This document shows, piece after piece, positions 9,208 through 18,791 of a DNA stretch of 64,000 nt (its first letter is position 1; each line of letters begins with the position of its first letter). Position numbers and translations under genes: made by a program. This stretch comes from Thermoflexales bacterium (GTDB lineage: Bacteria > Chloroflexota > Anaerolineae > Fen-1058), in the NCBI GenBank assembly GCA_034434835.1, contig DAOTXX010000019.1, positions 21,361 to 85,360 on the forward strand, written 5' to 3'. Below the pieces are notes generated by a model. It was given only the letters and a program-made list of their open reading frames with translations, had not been told where the DNA came from and searched no databases.

Positions 9208-9699
9208 TCAGGGAAAGATCAACTTGAGGATGCCATCCAGTGCCGTGCCGGAAAGGAGGGCCGTCGCAAGGATGACGCCTGCCAGCAAAACCGCCACGCC
9301 GACACTCCCCTTGCCGATCTCGGCCCACTCGTCCAGGTCGCCCGTGAGCCGTGTGAACAGCCACAGCGCAAAGGCAATGACGATCAACGAGAGGAACAAT
9401 CCTACGGCGACTAGAAGCGCCTGCGTGAGCAATCGCCAGATGACCTCAAGCGTAGCGCCAGTGTCCAGCTCAAGTGTGACCACTTGAAGCGCCGGGCGCA
9501 GAATGATCGCCACGCCGACGACGACGGCCGCCATCACTACGCCGACGGCCGGATTGCCCCGACGCAACTCGCTCCATTCGTCCAGCCCCGGCGTAGATCG
9601 GCTGAACACCCACAGGCCCAGGTAGGCCGCCAGCGCGCTCAACACGACCGCCAGCGCCAATTGAACAATGCTCAAAAAGATTGCCGCGACCATGGCCAA
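9208..9699 (-). CDS. Membrane protein with two DUF350 repeats
   Basis: An internal duplication is visible: FSRSTPGLDEWSELRRGNPAVGVVMAAVV.. and FTRLTGDLDEWAEIGKGSVGVAVLLAGVI.. Confidence 0.65.
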   Translation of the reverse strand: MAMVAAIFLSIVQLALAVVLSALAAYLGLWVFSRSTPGLDEWSELRRGNPAVGVVMAAVVVGVAIILRPALQVVTLELDTGATLEVIWRLLTQALLVAVGLFLSLIVIAFALWLFTRLTGDLDEWAEIGKGSVGVAVLLAGVILATALLSGTALDGILKLIFP

Positions 9700-9747
9700 A
9701 CCCTCTAACCTTCCAAAGGCTTGAAGCCTTCGGAAGGTTAATACAAA

Positions 9748-11046
9748 TCACGGAAAGACTCGCCGTGTCCACTGAAGTGGGTCAACATTCAGGCTACGGA
9801 TGCGCAAGTCCCAGTGCAAATGCGAACCGGTCGAAAGCCCCGTCGAACCGATCTTGGCAACCAACTGCCCCTGCTTGACACGCTGGCCGACCCACACGTT
9901 GATCTCGGATAAATGGTAAAAGCCAGAAAAGACACCCCAACCATGATCGATGATGACGGCGTTGCCACGCACGGTCAGGGGCTGCGCCAGGGCCACGACG
10001 CCATCGGCCGGGGCATAGACCGGCGCACCGCCGATCCCCCAAAAGTCCACGCCTTCGTGGTAACTGTTGAACGAGCCGCCCTCGTACGCGCGGCGCACCC
10101 CGAACCAAGAAGTGATATGCCCGGTCGCAGGCAGGGTGAACAGTCCGCTCCAGTAGCGCTGAGGCGTGAAAACGCCAAAGATGCTGGCGAGCTTGTTGCG
10201 TTCCGCCGTGACCAATTCCGGCGCAAGCAATTGCTGCCGGTCCTCGGGCAAGTCAATCCTCTCGTACGCAAACTTGCCTGCGACGACCTGGATGCTGGTC
10301 GTCATCGAGGTCCGACGTCCCCCTGAATCCACCGCGGTGAGTGTCATGGGGAACAGGCCCGTCTTTTGCATCGCGTGGATGCCGATCAGCGCGTAATAGG
10401 CATTGCCCTCTTTGGCAAAGGGGATCGCCCAGTCGAGGAACGTGCCGCTGAGCGAAACGCTACGGCTGGTCAGCACGGTGACCGCGATGGTGTTGCCCTG
10501 GACGACCGGCAGCGGCGCAATGTCCACGCTCACAAACGGATCAGGCAATGAGGGCAGCGCAGGCACGGTCTCGGAATGTTGCGAACCGGAGGGGATCAGC
10601 AGACGCTGCCCCCAGTAAATCATGGTCGGCGTCTCGAGCTTGTTATACGCCGCCAAGGTCCACACGGTGGTATTGAAGCGCAACGCGATGCGGTACAGGG
10701 TTTCGCCCGGCTGCACAATGTATACTGTGTCGCCGGCTGGAGCGGACGCGGATGCAGGCGTCGCCGTCGGCGAGGGGAGGGCCGACCCGCCGGGCAAAGC
10801 CGGCACAACCAGCGTCTGCCCGACATAGATCAACGCCGGGTTGACAATGCCGTTGAGCTGGGCCAACGTCGCCGCAGTGGTGTGATAGCGCGTGGCGATG
10901 CTAAAGAGCGTGTCCCCGACGCGGACTATATACGTCGTGGTGGTCGCGGGAGGGGTGGCCCGCTGGGCCAAGACCTGAGGGGCCGGCCATGCCAGGCCCA
11001 GGAATGTCAGGGCCAAGAGCACGGCGCAGAGGGTGCGAAGGGACAT
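9748..11046 (-). CDS. Secreted LysM-domain peptidase M23 (peptidoglycan endopeptidase)
   Basis: A signal peptide is followed by two LysM repeats (YIVRVGDTLFSIATRY...; YIVQPGETLYRIALRF...). The C-terminal M23 motifs are HEGVDF and GSTGLSTGSHLHWDLRI. Confidence 0.88.
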   Translation of the reverse strand: MSLRTLCAVLLALTFLGLAWPAPQVLAQRATPPATTTTYIVRVGDTLFSIATRYHTTAATLAQLNGIVNPALIYVGQTLVVPALPGGSALPSPTATPASASAPAGDTVYIVQPGETLYRIALRFNTTVWTLAAYNKLETPTMIYWGQRLLIPSGSQHSETVPALPSLPDPFVSVDIAPLPVVQGNTIAVTVLTSRSVSLSGTFLDWAIPFAKEGNAYYALIGIHAMQKTGLFPMTLTAVDSGGRRTSMTTSIQVVAGKFAYERIDLPEDRQQLLAPELVTAERNKLASIFGVFTPQRYWSGLFTLPATGHITSWFGVRRAYEGGSFNSYHEGVDFWGIGGAPVYAPADGVVALAQPLTVRGNAVIIDHGWGVFSGFYHLSEINVWVGQRVKQGQLVAKIGSTGLSTGSHLHWDLRIRSLNVDPLQWTRRVFP

Positions 11047-11429
11047 TATTTCTCTCCAATGTAGAGTTGATCGCCAATGGCAACCTGGTCGAGCAGTGCC
11101 GGCGCAGCTTCCAGCACATATCGGGCAGGGGCGCGCGGCGCATAAAAGGGACGGAACGGCCTGGCCAGCCTGGCATCCACCACACGGAACGCCTCATCCA
11201 GCCAGATGGCCGCGATCGGGAAAAATACAAACAGCATGTGAATCGCGGTCGCCGCGACGCTCGCCTTGCCTTCGTCAAGGAGCAGGCCCTCGTCCGGGGC
11301 AAGGCCGCGGCGGAACATCAATCCGCGCAAGCGGCAGAGAAAACTGCGGCACCACTTGACGCGAGCCAGCACCGCCGTGCCCCGGGTGCGATTCTCGACC
11401 ATGCGGCTATTATAGTCGAATCGGCTCAA
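11046..11429 (-). CDS. DUF192 (COG1430) domain protein
   Basis: This 127-aa protein carries conserved DUF192-like motifs (GLMFRRGLAPDEGLLLDEGK; HMLFVFFPIAAIWLDE). Confidence 0.6.
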   Translation of the reverse strand: MSRFDYNSRMVENRTRGTAVLARVKWCRSFLCRLRGLMFRRGLAPDEGLLLDEGKASVAATAIHMLFVFFPIAAIWLDEAFRVVDARLARPFRPFYAPRAPARYVLEAAPALLDQVAIGDQLYIGEK

Positions 11430-11472
11430 ATGCCAAGTAGGAGCGCCCTCTGGGCGCGATCACTGGGCGCGA

Positions 11473-12144
11473 TCACGGGCGCGGAGCCAGACCTAACCGG
11501 CGGATATATTTGGCATAGGTCGAAGCCAGATGCACAAGCGGTGAGCTGAGCCGCGCGTGAATCTCTGCCTGGGCCAGGCTCTCTAAAAACGACAGCGATG
11601 AATCGAACGGCGACATCCGCACGGTGGCGCAGCCTAATTCGAACACCGTGTGCGCATCGCTCCCGGCAAACATCAGTTTGCCGTACTCTTGGGCCAGGGC
11701 GCGCGCGCAATCGTTATCGCCAGGCGCAATGCATCGCGCGTTGAATACCTCCAGGGCATCTACCTGGTCAATGACAGGCAGCAGCCGGTCAACGCCCATC
11801 GCCTCACGGCGAAAGCCATCGCATGGATGGCTCACGCCGACCACGCCGCCTTGCGCCCGCACGCGCGCGATCGCTTCGCGCACGGGCAGGCCCGGCGGGA
11901 CGAGTTCCTGCAAAAAGTAAGCCATGATCTCGCCGCAATCCGTCTTGATCTCTTCGCCGACGATCACCAGTTCCGGCGCGATTTTTCGAGCCGCCAGCGC
12001 GCCTTCAACCGCATTGTGATCCGTGATCGCGATCTTGTCGAGGCCCTTGCGCCGGCACGCCGCCACAAGCTGCTCAGGCGTCACCAGGCAGTCCCCCGAG
12101 TACGACGTGTGCGCGTGAAGCTCAACGACCCAACTGGCTCTCAA
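11473..12144 (-). CDS. PHP-domain (polymerase/histidinol phosphatase) metal-dependent phosphoesterase
   Basis: The ELHAHTSYSGD and ITDHNAVEG motifs are present. Start is trimmed to a TTG that is preceded by GGAGG and overlaps the upstream stop (TTGA). The long ORF-track start at 12249 would overlap the upstream gene by 109 nt. Confidence 0.75.
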   Translation of the reverse strand: MRASWVVELHAHTSYSGDCLVTPEQLVAACRRKGLDKIAITDHNAVEGALAARKIAPELVIVGEEIKTDCGEIMAYFLQELVPPGLPVREAIARVRAQGGVVGVSHPCDGFRREAMGVDRLLPVIDQVDALEVFNARCIAPGDNDCARALAQEYGKLMFAGSDAHTVFELGCATVRMSPFDSSLSFLESLAQAEIHARLSSPLVHLASTYAKYIRRLGLAPRP

Positions 12145-13133
12145 CTCTCGACCTCCGACATTCCATTTTTGACCTCGAGCTTCTGTCTCCCGGACAACTG
12201 CTTGTGATAGAGCGTCAGCACGACAAATCCCAGCGTGACCCCGAACCACAGCGTACAGAAGCGGATCAACAGCGCTGCCGTGGCTGCCTCCTCACGTGGC
12301 AGGCCGACGATCAAGACAAGCATCCCGGCCAGGCTCACCTCCGCTGCGCCCAAACCGCCGGGCAGCGTGGACGCGCCGCCGACGATGACCGAGAACGCCA
12401 GGATGAACGTCGCCTGAAACAGCAGCCTGGCCGTCGGCGCAACGCCCAAGCCGGTGAGCACAAGGAAAAACGCCGCGCCTTCGCCCGCCCACGAGATCGT
12501 CCCCAAGCCAACTGCGACAGCGAGGTTCTTGAGCCGCAGCAACTCGAAACTACTCTCATAGAATTCGTGCAAGCCGTGTGCGAAACGCGAGACCAACGGC
12601 AATCGTTCGGCGATACCCAACAGCCACAGCGAGAACGGTCGGACCTGAATCACGACGATGCCGCCGATCATGGCGGCCAGAATCGCAGCAAAGACAGGCC
12701 AGTATTGCGGGTAAGCCAATACACCTACCGAAGCCAGCAGCGCGCACGCCAGCGCATCGCTCAGCCGCTCGGCGGCGACGACGGGCAACGTGCGGGCGAT
12801 GCTGGCGCCGGTCAGGTTTTTGAGCCACAGGCTCTTGAGCGCCTCGCCGACCTTGCCGGGCGTCACCGTCATCGAAAACCCGCCCAGAAATACCTTGAGG
12901 CTGTCCGCCCTGCTGATGTGATCGATCCCCACCTGCCGCAAATAGTAATGCCATTTGAAAAAGCGCAGCAAGTAGTTGAACGAGGTCAGGCCCAGAATCA
13001 CCGGCAGCCAGCCCCACTCGAACGCGCGCACCGTGCTCAGAACTTTGTGGAGGTCGGCCACGAGCGCCACGCCGACGATGACGGCCACGCCAAACAACAG
13101 CCCCAGGATGAGCTTGGATTTGATGCTGTTCAC
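12141..13133 (-). CDS. UPF0104 / lysylphosphatidylglycerol-synthase-TM-like (flippase-like) integral membrane protein
   Basis: This is a 330-aa polytopic membrane protein with the motifs LRFFKWHYYLRQVG and FLGGFSMTVTPGKVGE. Confidence 0.65.
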   Translation of the reverse strand: MNSIKSKLILGLLFGVAVIVGVALVADLHKVLSTVRAFEWGWLPVILGLTSFNYLLRFFKWHYYLRQVGIDHISRADSLKVFLGGFSMTVTPGKVGEALKSLWLKNLTGASIARTLPVVAAERLSDALACALLASVGVLAYPQYWPVFAAILAAMIGGIVVIQVRPFSLWLLGIAERLPLVSRFAHGLHEFYESSFELLRLKNLAVAVGLGTISWAGEGAAFFLVLTGLGVAPTARLLFQATFILAFSVIVGGASTLPGGLGAAEVSLAGMLVLIVGLPREEAATAALLIRFCTLWFGVTLGFVVLTLYHKQLSGRQKLEVKNGMSEVES

Positions 13134-13227
13134 AGGCAGACTTGACTTGAAGGATGGAAGGATTATAACACAACGTCTCTTGGCGATTCATCGGCTAGCC
13201 TAAACAGAGAAAGAAGCGTATACTGCG

Positions 13228-13689
13228 ATGAAGGATTCGATCATCGAGGATGTGCCCATGAAGCGAGAATATCCTGACGGGCCGATCCCGACCGTCGGCG
13301 GGATCGTGTTCAACGGCGAGCGCGTGCTGCTGGCGCAGCGCGGCCAGGAGCCGAACAAAGGACGCTGGACGATCCCCGGCGGTGCCATCGAGTTGGGCGA
13401 ACCTGCGCGCCAGGCGGTTGAGCGCGAAGTGCGCGAAGAGTGCGGCCTCACCGTGCAAGCTGACGCGGTCGTCCAGGTGCTGGACATGATCCAGCGCGAC
13501 GAAAGCGGCGCGGTGCGCTTTCACTATGTGGTGATTGACTTTTTGTGCGACTATGTCAGCGGAGAGCTGAGGGCCGGGGATGACGTGGCCGATGTGCGAT
13601 GGGTACATCCAGACGAGTTCGACGCCCTGAGGGTCGCTCAGCGCACCAGGGAGGTGATCGCCCAAGCGCGCGCTGTGTTTCGCTCGTAG
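13228..13689 (+). CDS. NUDIX hydrolase
   Basis: The Nudix box GGAIELGEPARQAVEREVREECGL is present. Confidence 0.85.
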   Translation: MKDSIIEDVPMKREYPDGPIPTVGGIVFNGERVLLAQRGQEPNKGRWTIPGGAIELGEPARQAVEREVREECGLTVQADAVVQVLDMIQRDESGAVRFHYVVIDFLCDYVSGELRAGDDVADVRWVHPDEFDALRVAQRTREVIAQARAVFRS

Positions 13690-13703
13690 CTCGCCGTTCA
13701 CGC

Positions 13704-14501
13704 CTAGCAGCGACGGTGCAAGACCATTGTCTCCAGATCGATCTCGGCCTGGCCGATCTTGGAGCGGTAGAGCCGCAACTGCGCCTCAAACGAAGAAAAG
13801 GGATGGCTGGCTTTGTAGCCCGCGATCATCTGTGTCAACCAGTCCTCCATGACGGCGCGATCGGCTTCTTTGTATTTGCCCTCGAAGCGAATCTGATCCA
13901 GCGGGAGCTTGGGCGGCATGGGCGGATATGTCCCCCGTGCGTATCCCAAGACGAGCGTCATCAACGGAATGACCCCATCCGGCAAGCTCAGTTTTTCTTT
14001 GAGATAGCCAGCATCCAGAAAGCCACTTTGACCGGTCTCGGATAGCATCACTGAAGACACGCCCAGAGCCTCGGCCGCCAGGTTCATGTTCATGGCGGCC
14101 AGCGAGGCGTTCATCACCGCGAGGGTGTATTCGATCAGCGGGCTGGCAGGAAAAACGTCGAGCACTTGCTTGTCCCGATGTGTGTCCCCCATGATCATCA
14201 CGGCCCGCTGGCCGTGGAAGGGGATGGAACTGCCAAAGGTCTCGCGCCACGACTGAGCGGTAAAGACCGCAAAAGTCCACGTCTGCAAATTGACGGTGGA
14301 GGGAGCCAGTCGCCCGGCCTCCAGGATAGCCGCAAAAATGTCGTCGGGTATCTCGCGGTCAGCAAAACTCCGCACACTCCGTCGCCCCAGGATGACCTTC
14401 AGCAATTCATTATCCTTCAACGAAGGGGGCACTTGAGGTTTTCCGGTCAGGATGCGTGCCAGGCTTTTGACAAAACCCAACGGGCCGATCTTGATCAGCA
14501 T
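13704..14501 (-). CDS. Nitroreductase-family flavoprotein
   Basis: The nitroreductase N-terminal motif reads RRSVRSFADREIPDDIFAAILEAGRLAPSTVNLQTWTF. Confidence 0.75.
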   Translation of the reverse strand: MLIKIGPLGFVKSLARILTGKPQVPPSLKDNELLKVILGRRSVRSFADREIPDDIFAAILEAGRLAPSTVNLQTWTFAVFTAQSWRETFGSSIPFHGQRAVMIMGDTHRDKQVLDVFPASPLIEYTLAVMNASLAAMNMNLAAEALGVSSVMLSETGQSGFLDAGYLKEKLSLPDGVIPLMTLVLGYARGTYPPMPPKLPLDQIRFEGKYKEADRAVMEDWLTQMIAGYKASHPFSSFEAQLRLYRSKIGQAEIDLETMVLHRRC

Positions 14502-14530
14502 GGTCTATTCCTCTCGAGTTGGCGCATCCA

Positions 14531-15760
14531 TCAGTGGCCTGGCGGTGCGGTTGCCTCTGCCTTTGAACGTGCGACCACAGAAACGAACCCGCCGAACAAC
14601 CGGTACTCGTCCATGCGGCATGAATTGATCAACTTGCCGTCATAGACCGTCATGTCCGGGCAGCTATCGCACATATCGGCGCGGCCATCCGGCAAGAGAT
14701 CAGGCGCCTGGATGATGCCAATGCTCTGAACATAGAGGCCATCGAACAACCGCCCCGGATGTCGCACGACATCCCCCAACCAACGGCGCGCAGCCTGGCG
14801 CACCGTGGGATCCCAGGGAGAGAGCAGAAACACCTTGGCCCCGACCCTGGCCGACGACAGGTAGGCCAGGTAGGTGCCTTTCCACGCATGATGCCCCGCC
14901 TGGGCCAGCTCCATCGTCTGTTTGCCGATCGAGCCGTATACTCTGTGCTTGGAGCCGATCAAAGCCCCAGCCAGCCACTTGTAAGAGGTGTGCAGAATGC
15001 TTCCCCCCAAATAACCCGACGGCTCATATTCTGGACAATTGTCTTTGATGATCTGATAGACCTCAGGCGCAGTGACAAATTTCTCGTCAAAGCTTTCCCG
15101 GACGTAGCTGAGCTGGCTGAGATCGATCTGTCGGTCAGCATAATCACGCGCGATGGTGTCGGCGGTGGTCCCCGTGCGATAGGTGATAAAGACCAGGCCA
15201 TGCACGCGGTCCATGTGGGCCTGTCCCCAGCGCACCACATCGGGGATCTCGTGAAAGGTGGAAGGATAGACCGTCGAATTGAAGATGACGCACAGGCCGC
15301 CCTCGGCGGCGATCATGTCAGCATAGTGCTGACGCAGCTCGTTCAGCTCGCGCTCCGTCTTGCCTTTCCAGCGAGGTCGGTTCTGATGGCTGTCAATGTG
15401 AATCGTAAAACCAGCCACGCCGGCCTTTTTCAGTTCCCGCAATAACTCGGGCGTCAAGGCCACCGCATTGGTCAAGATAATAGGCTTGAGACCATGCTGG
15501 GCGATAAAGGCTACAATATCCACGATCTGTGGATGGATCAGCGGCTCGCCGCCCGCAAGGGAGACATTGTCGGGATTGCGCCATCTCTTGAAAAAGAGAA
15601 CCTCATCTTTGACTTGCTCTAACGGCTTGTGGCCGGTCATGTATTGGCGATAGCATCCCTCGCAATGAATATTGCAGATGTCGGTCACTTCCAGCCAGGC
15701 GATCGGGTTATCGTTCATGGACCACGGCAGCCGGTACAGATTGCGTTTGTCGAGTGTCAT
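14531..15760 (-). CDS. Radical SAM domain protein (CxxxCxxC) with C-terminal Cys-rich auxiliary region
   Basis: VTDICNIHCEGCY is a radical-SAM cluster motif. An HpnH-like GGEPLIHPQI motif is present, and the C-terminal region reads CDSCPD...C. Start is trimmed to the ATG that is preceded by AAGGAG and avoids overlap with the upstream permease. Confidence 0.72.
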   Translation of the reverse strand: MTLDKRNLYRLPWSMNDNPIAWLEVTDICNIHCEGCYRQYMTGHKPLEQVKDEVLFFKRWRNPDNVSLAGGEPLIHPQIVDIVAFIAQHGLKPIILTNAVALTPELLRELKKAGVAGFTIHIDSHQNRPRWKGKTERELNELRQHYADMIAAEGGLCVIFNSTVYPSTFHEIPDVVRWGQAHMDRVHGLVFITYRTGTTADTIARDYADRQIDLSQLSYVRESFDEKFVTAPEVYQIIKDNCPEYEPSGYLGGSILHTSYKWLAGALIGSKHRVYGSIGKQTMELAQAGHHAWKGTYLAYLSSARVGAKVFLLSPWDPTVRQAARRWLGDVVRHPGRLFDGLYVQSIGIIQAPDLLPDGRADMCDSCPDMTVYDGKLINSCRMDEYRLFGGFVSVVARSKAEATAPPGH

Positions 15761-15794
15761 GGGTTGCTCCTTCGGCACATGCCAAGATACGATC

Positions 15795-16640
15795 TCACAG
15801 GTCACGCCGCGCAAACTGCCGCAGCGCCAGCATCAGCATCACGGCAACGTAAAACACCGCATAGGCGACCATCGCCGGGCTGGGCACGGAGGTCGAAGCA
15901 AAAGGCGACGCGCCCAACACGGCAGAGATCGAGCTTTGCATCTCATAAGCCGCACGCTTCCACAACGCTTCGCTGGGCATGAACAGGCTCGACACGATGC
16001 CGATGTTGACGGCGGTCTCGTTGTGCAACAGCGAGCCGATCTGCTCGATCCAGCCGCCGACGAACGCCAGCCCATACAGCCCAAAGGCCAACACGCCGTT
16101 AGCGAGCGTGGAAAGCGACGTGCCGCCCAAAATGCTCACGCTAAGGAGCACCGTCCCTTCCAGCATCATCAGCCCCAGCCCGCGCCACAAGCCAGGCGTC
16201 GAATAGCGCGTGAGCGCATACATCACCCCGGCCACGCCGCCGCCCATCAGCGCCACATACAGCGCGAGCATCCCCGCAAAGCCCAGCCACTTGCCCAGGA
16301 CGATCTCGCGTCGGCGTAGCGGCTTGGTAACCACCGCCTGCACCGTCCCCGATCCGATCTCGCCCGCGAGCGTGTCCACGCTGGTCAGCACCGTCATCAT
16401 CACGACGAGGAAATTGACCACGTACAACCCGGCCATCAGCAAGAAATTATACATCTCGCGCATCATCGCCTCCTGACGTGAGCTGGTCGTGCGCGAAATC
16501 TCTCGCTGAATGAAATACACGCCCACGCCATACAGCACCAGGAACGCCAGGCCCAAGATCAGCGCCGCCCACAGAATCTTGCGGCGGGCCGCCTCACGAA
16601 ATGTCAGTCGAGCGATGATCCAGGTGGCCATATCCCTCAC
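15795..16640 (-). CDS. ABC-2 type transporter permease
   Basis: It is a 281-aa protein with six TM segments, located immediately downstream of an ABC ATPase. Confidence 0.7.
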   Translation of the reverse strand: MRDMATWIIARLTFREAARRKILWAALILGLAFLVLYGVGVYFIQREISRTTSSRQEAMMREMYNFLLMAGLYVVNFLVVMMTVLTSVDTLAGEIGSGTVQAVVTKPLRRREIVLGKWLGFAGMLALYVALMGGGVAGVMYALTRYSTPGLWRGLGLMMLEGTVLLSVSILGGTSLSTLANGVLAFGLYGLAFVGGWIEQIGSLLHNETAVNIGIVSSLFMPSEALWKRAAYEMQSSISAVLGASPFASTSVPSPAMVAYAVFYVAVMLMLALRQFARRDL

Positions 16641-16680
16641 CCCTCATCCTTCATCCTTCCGCCTTCATCCTTCATCCTTC
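16625..16680. repeat. Heptamer-periodic repeat (CATCCTT/GAAGGAT family) between ABC ATPase and permease genes
   Basis: The sequence reads CCTCATCCTTCATCCTTCCGCCTTCATCCTTCATCCTTCAC. The same word family forms hairpins at 33205-33292 and 50210-50256. Confidence 0.5.
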
Positions 16681-17596
16681 ACAGCCCCCCATCTGTTCCT
16701 ACGACTTGCAAGAACAAATCCTCCAGCGAGAGCTTTTGTGGCGTCATGGCGTAAAGATCGCCACCCTGCTCCACAATCCACCGCGCCATTTGCGGCAACG
16801 CCTCTTCGGCGTCCACCGCCAGGTGAACGCGCTCGCCATCCACGCGCACGTCCTGTCCCCACCGCGACAGTCCCTCGATCATGTTCGGTGAGAGACGGCC
16901 CACACGCAGCTCGACGGTCGTTTGACCTTCGACCAGCGTCTGCAGCGCGGCTTGCCGGATCACCTGCCCCTGCTTGATGAACGCCACGCGGTCGCAGGTG
17001 ATTTCGACCTCGGACAGCAAATGCGAGTTGAGAAAGACTGTAGCCCCCTGGCTCTTGAGATCGCGGATAATGTCGCGCACCAAGCGACGCCCCACCGGGT
17101 CCAGCCCGGAGGTCGGCTCGTCGAGGAAAATCAGTTGGGGCTGGTTGAGCAGCGCCTGCGCCAGCCCAATGCGCTGCAGCATCCCTTTGGAAAACGATTT
17201 GAGTTTCTTGTCCGAGTGCGGCGCGAGGCCGACCAAGTCGAGCAGCTTGGGGACGCTCTCTCGCAACCGCGCCTCGGTCATGCCATACAGTTGACCGTGC
17301 AGGCGCAAGAACTCGGCAGCGTTGAGCCAATCGTGAAAGCGAAAGTGCTCCGGCAAAAAGCCGACGCGGGCGCGCGTCTTGACATCGCCCAGCGGCGCGC
17401 CGAGCAGCCTGCCCTGGCCGCTCGTCGGCGCAACCAAACTCAATAGCATCTTGACCGAGGTCGTCTTGCCCGCGCCGTTCGGGCCGAGAAAGCCAAATAC
17501 CTCACCCTGTCGTACTTGCAGCGTGAGGTCCTCAACGGCAACTTTGTGGCCGAACACTTTGCGGAGATGATGTGTTTCGATGGCTAGCTGTTCCAT
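16679..17596 (-). CDS. ABC transporter ATP-binding protein (ABC-2 / DrrA-like)
   Basis: Walker A is GPNGAGKTT. A degenerate C-loop is FSKGMLQRIGLAQAL, and Walker B is LIFLDEPTSGLD. Confidence 0.88.
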   Translation of the reverse strand: MEQLAIETHHLRKVFGHKVAVEDLTLQVRQGEVFGFLGPNGAGKTTSVKMLLSLVAPTSGQGRLLGAPLGDVKTRARVGFLPEHFRFHDWLNAAEFLRLHGQLYGMTEARLRESVPKLLDLVGLAPHSDKKLKSFSKGMLQRIGLAQALLNQPQLIFLDEPTSGLDPVGRRLVRDIIRDLKSQGATVFLNSHLLSEVEITCDRVAFIKQGQVIRQAALQTLVEGQTTVELRVGRLSPNMIEGLSRWGQDVRVDGERVHLAVDAEEALPQMARWIVEQGGDLYAMTPQKLSLEDLFLQVVGTDGGL

Positions 17597-17609
17597 GCTT
17601 GTTGTCCAA

Positions 17610-17760
17610 GTATATCATGAGCGTACTTGCTCACCGTCTATAGCCGCGAAATGAATTTCGCGGCTGTCACGCCCAGTCTGCTGAAGCAGACGGGGGCCAT
17701 CGCCAACCGGCTTTAGCCGGTTTCTCGTACCAGCCGGATGATTCATCATCCGGCCAGGGG
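17610..17760. repeat. Array of four consecutive perfect hairpins in a 212-bp intergenic region
   Basis: The hairpins are GCCGCGAAatgaatTTCGCGGC, GTCTGCtgaaGCAGAC, AACCGGCtttaGCCGGTT and CCGGATGATtcATCATCCGG, all between co-oriented minus-strand genes. Confidence 0.45.
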
Positions 17761-17807
17761 CGGGTTGGGCAGTGACTGCCAAAGGCGGTAAACAAGTACT
17801 CACGAGC

Positions 17808-18791
17808 TTATTCGCGCACGCGCGGATCGAGCCGCCAGTGAAGCGCATCCGCCGCAAGGTTGACCAAGCTATAGACGACCGCGCTCAACAACACCACACC
17901 CTGGACAACAGGCAAATCCTGCGCCAGCACCGCCTCGACCGCCAGACGTCCCAGACCTTGCCGGGCAAAGACCGCTTCCGTCACCGCCGCGCCGCCCAGC
18001 AGAAATCCGAATTGAAGCGCGATCATCGCCAGCACGGGCGGCAGCGCGACGGGCCACACGTGGCGCGCCAGCACGAGCCACCCGGTCAAGCCTTTGGAGC
18101 GGGCGACCGTGACGTGAGCTTCCGTCATCACGTCGAGCAGGCTGGCGCGCGTGAGCCGCGCGATCGCACCCGCCGAGGCCAGGCCTAGAACTGTGGCGGG
18201 AAGGATGAGATACAGCAAGCCGCCGCTGCCCGTGCCCGGCAGCCAACCAAGCGCGACTGAGAAAATCATCAGCGCCAGCAGCCCCGACCAAGCCACGGGC
18301 GTCGAAATGCCCAGCAGCGCCATAATCATGCTCGAGCTGTCGAGCCAGGTTCCGTGAAAACTGGCTGCGGACATTCCCAGCCCTGCACCGATCACGATCG
18401 CAACCAGCATCGCTGCAAGGGCCAGCTCCAACGTCGGCCCGGCCATTTCCAACAGCATTTGCGTCACCGGGCGGCCAACGATCCACGACTCGCCCAGGTC
18501 GAGGCGGACAAGCCGGCCCATGAATCGGACGTACTGCTCGCCCAACGGGCGATCCCATCCGATTTGCGCGCGACGTTCAGCGATCGCCTGCGGCGAAGCC
18601 CCGGCGCGGACCAGCATCTGCGTAGCCGGGTCGCCGGGGAGAAGGTGAACAGCAAAGAACGAAAGTGTGGCGGCCGCCCACAAAACGAGGAGGATGGTGA
18701 TCAGACGACGGATGAGGAATTTCAACTCTTGATCCAGTGCGAATACCCAAGATCGTCGAGAGCGTATGATCGCAAACGGTGAGACGCCCAT
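17808..18791 (-). CDS. Oligopeptide/dipeptide/nickel ABC transporter permease (DppB/OppB/NikB-like), orphan
   Basis: The binding-protein-dependent permease EAA-region reads VARSKGLTGWLVLARHVWP. ATG 18791 overlaps the upstream stop (TGATG). An alternative TTG at 18725 would give the classical MKFLIRRL N-terminus. No cognate DppC/D/F/A is adjacent. Confidence 0.7.
   Translation of the reverse strand: MGVSPFAIIRSRRSWVFALDQELKFLIRRLITILLVLWAAATLSFFAVHLLPGDPATQMLVRAGASPQAIAERRAQIGWDRPLGEQYVRFMGRLVRLDLGESWIVGRPVTQMLLEMAGPTLELALAAMLVAIVIGAGLGMSAASFHGTWLDSSSMIMALLGISTPVAWSGLLALMIFSVALGWLPGTGSGGLLYLILPATVLGLASAGAIARLTRASLLDVMTEAHVTVARSKGLTGWLVLARHVWPVALPPVLAMIALQFGFLLGGAAVTEAVFARQGLGRLAVEAVLAQDLPVVQGVVLLSAVVYSLVNLAADALHWRLDPRVRE

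Noticed and set aside
9208-9699. DUF350 membrane protein as a phage holin next to the M23 peptidase (lysis cassette)
   Set aside because: An internal tandem DUF350 duplication and housekeeping neighbours are present. No other phage genes are present.
16625-16680. Possibility that the periodic repeats (GAAGGAT, ACGTCAA etc.) are CRISPR arrays
   Set aside because: The units are 7 nt, immediately tandem and arranged as inverted complements forming hairpins. There are no 25-40 nt constant repeats separated by unique spacers, and no cas genes in the window.
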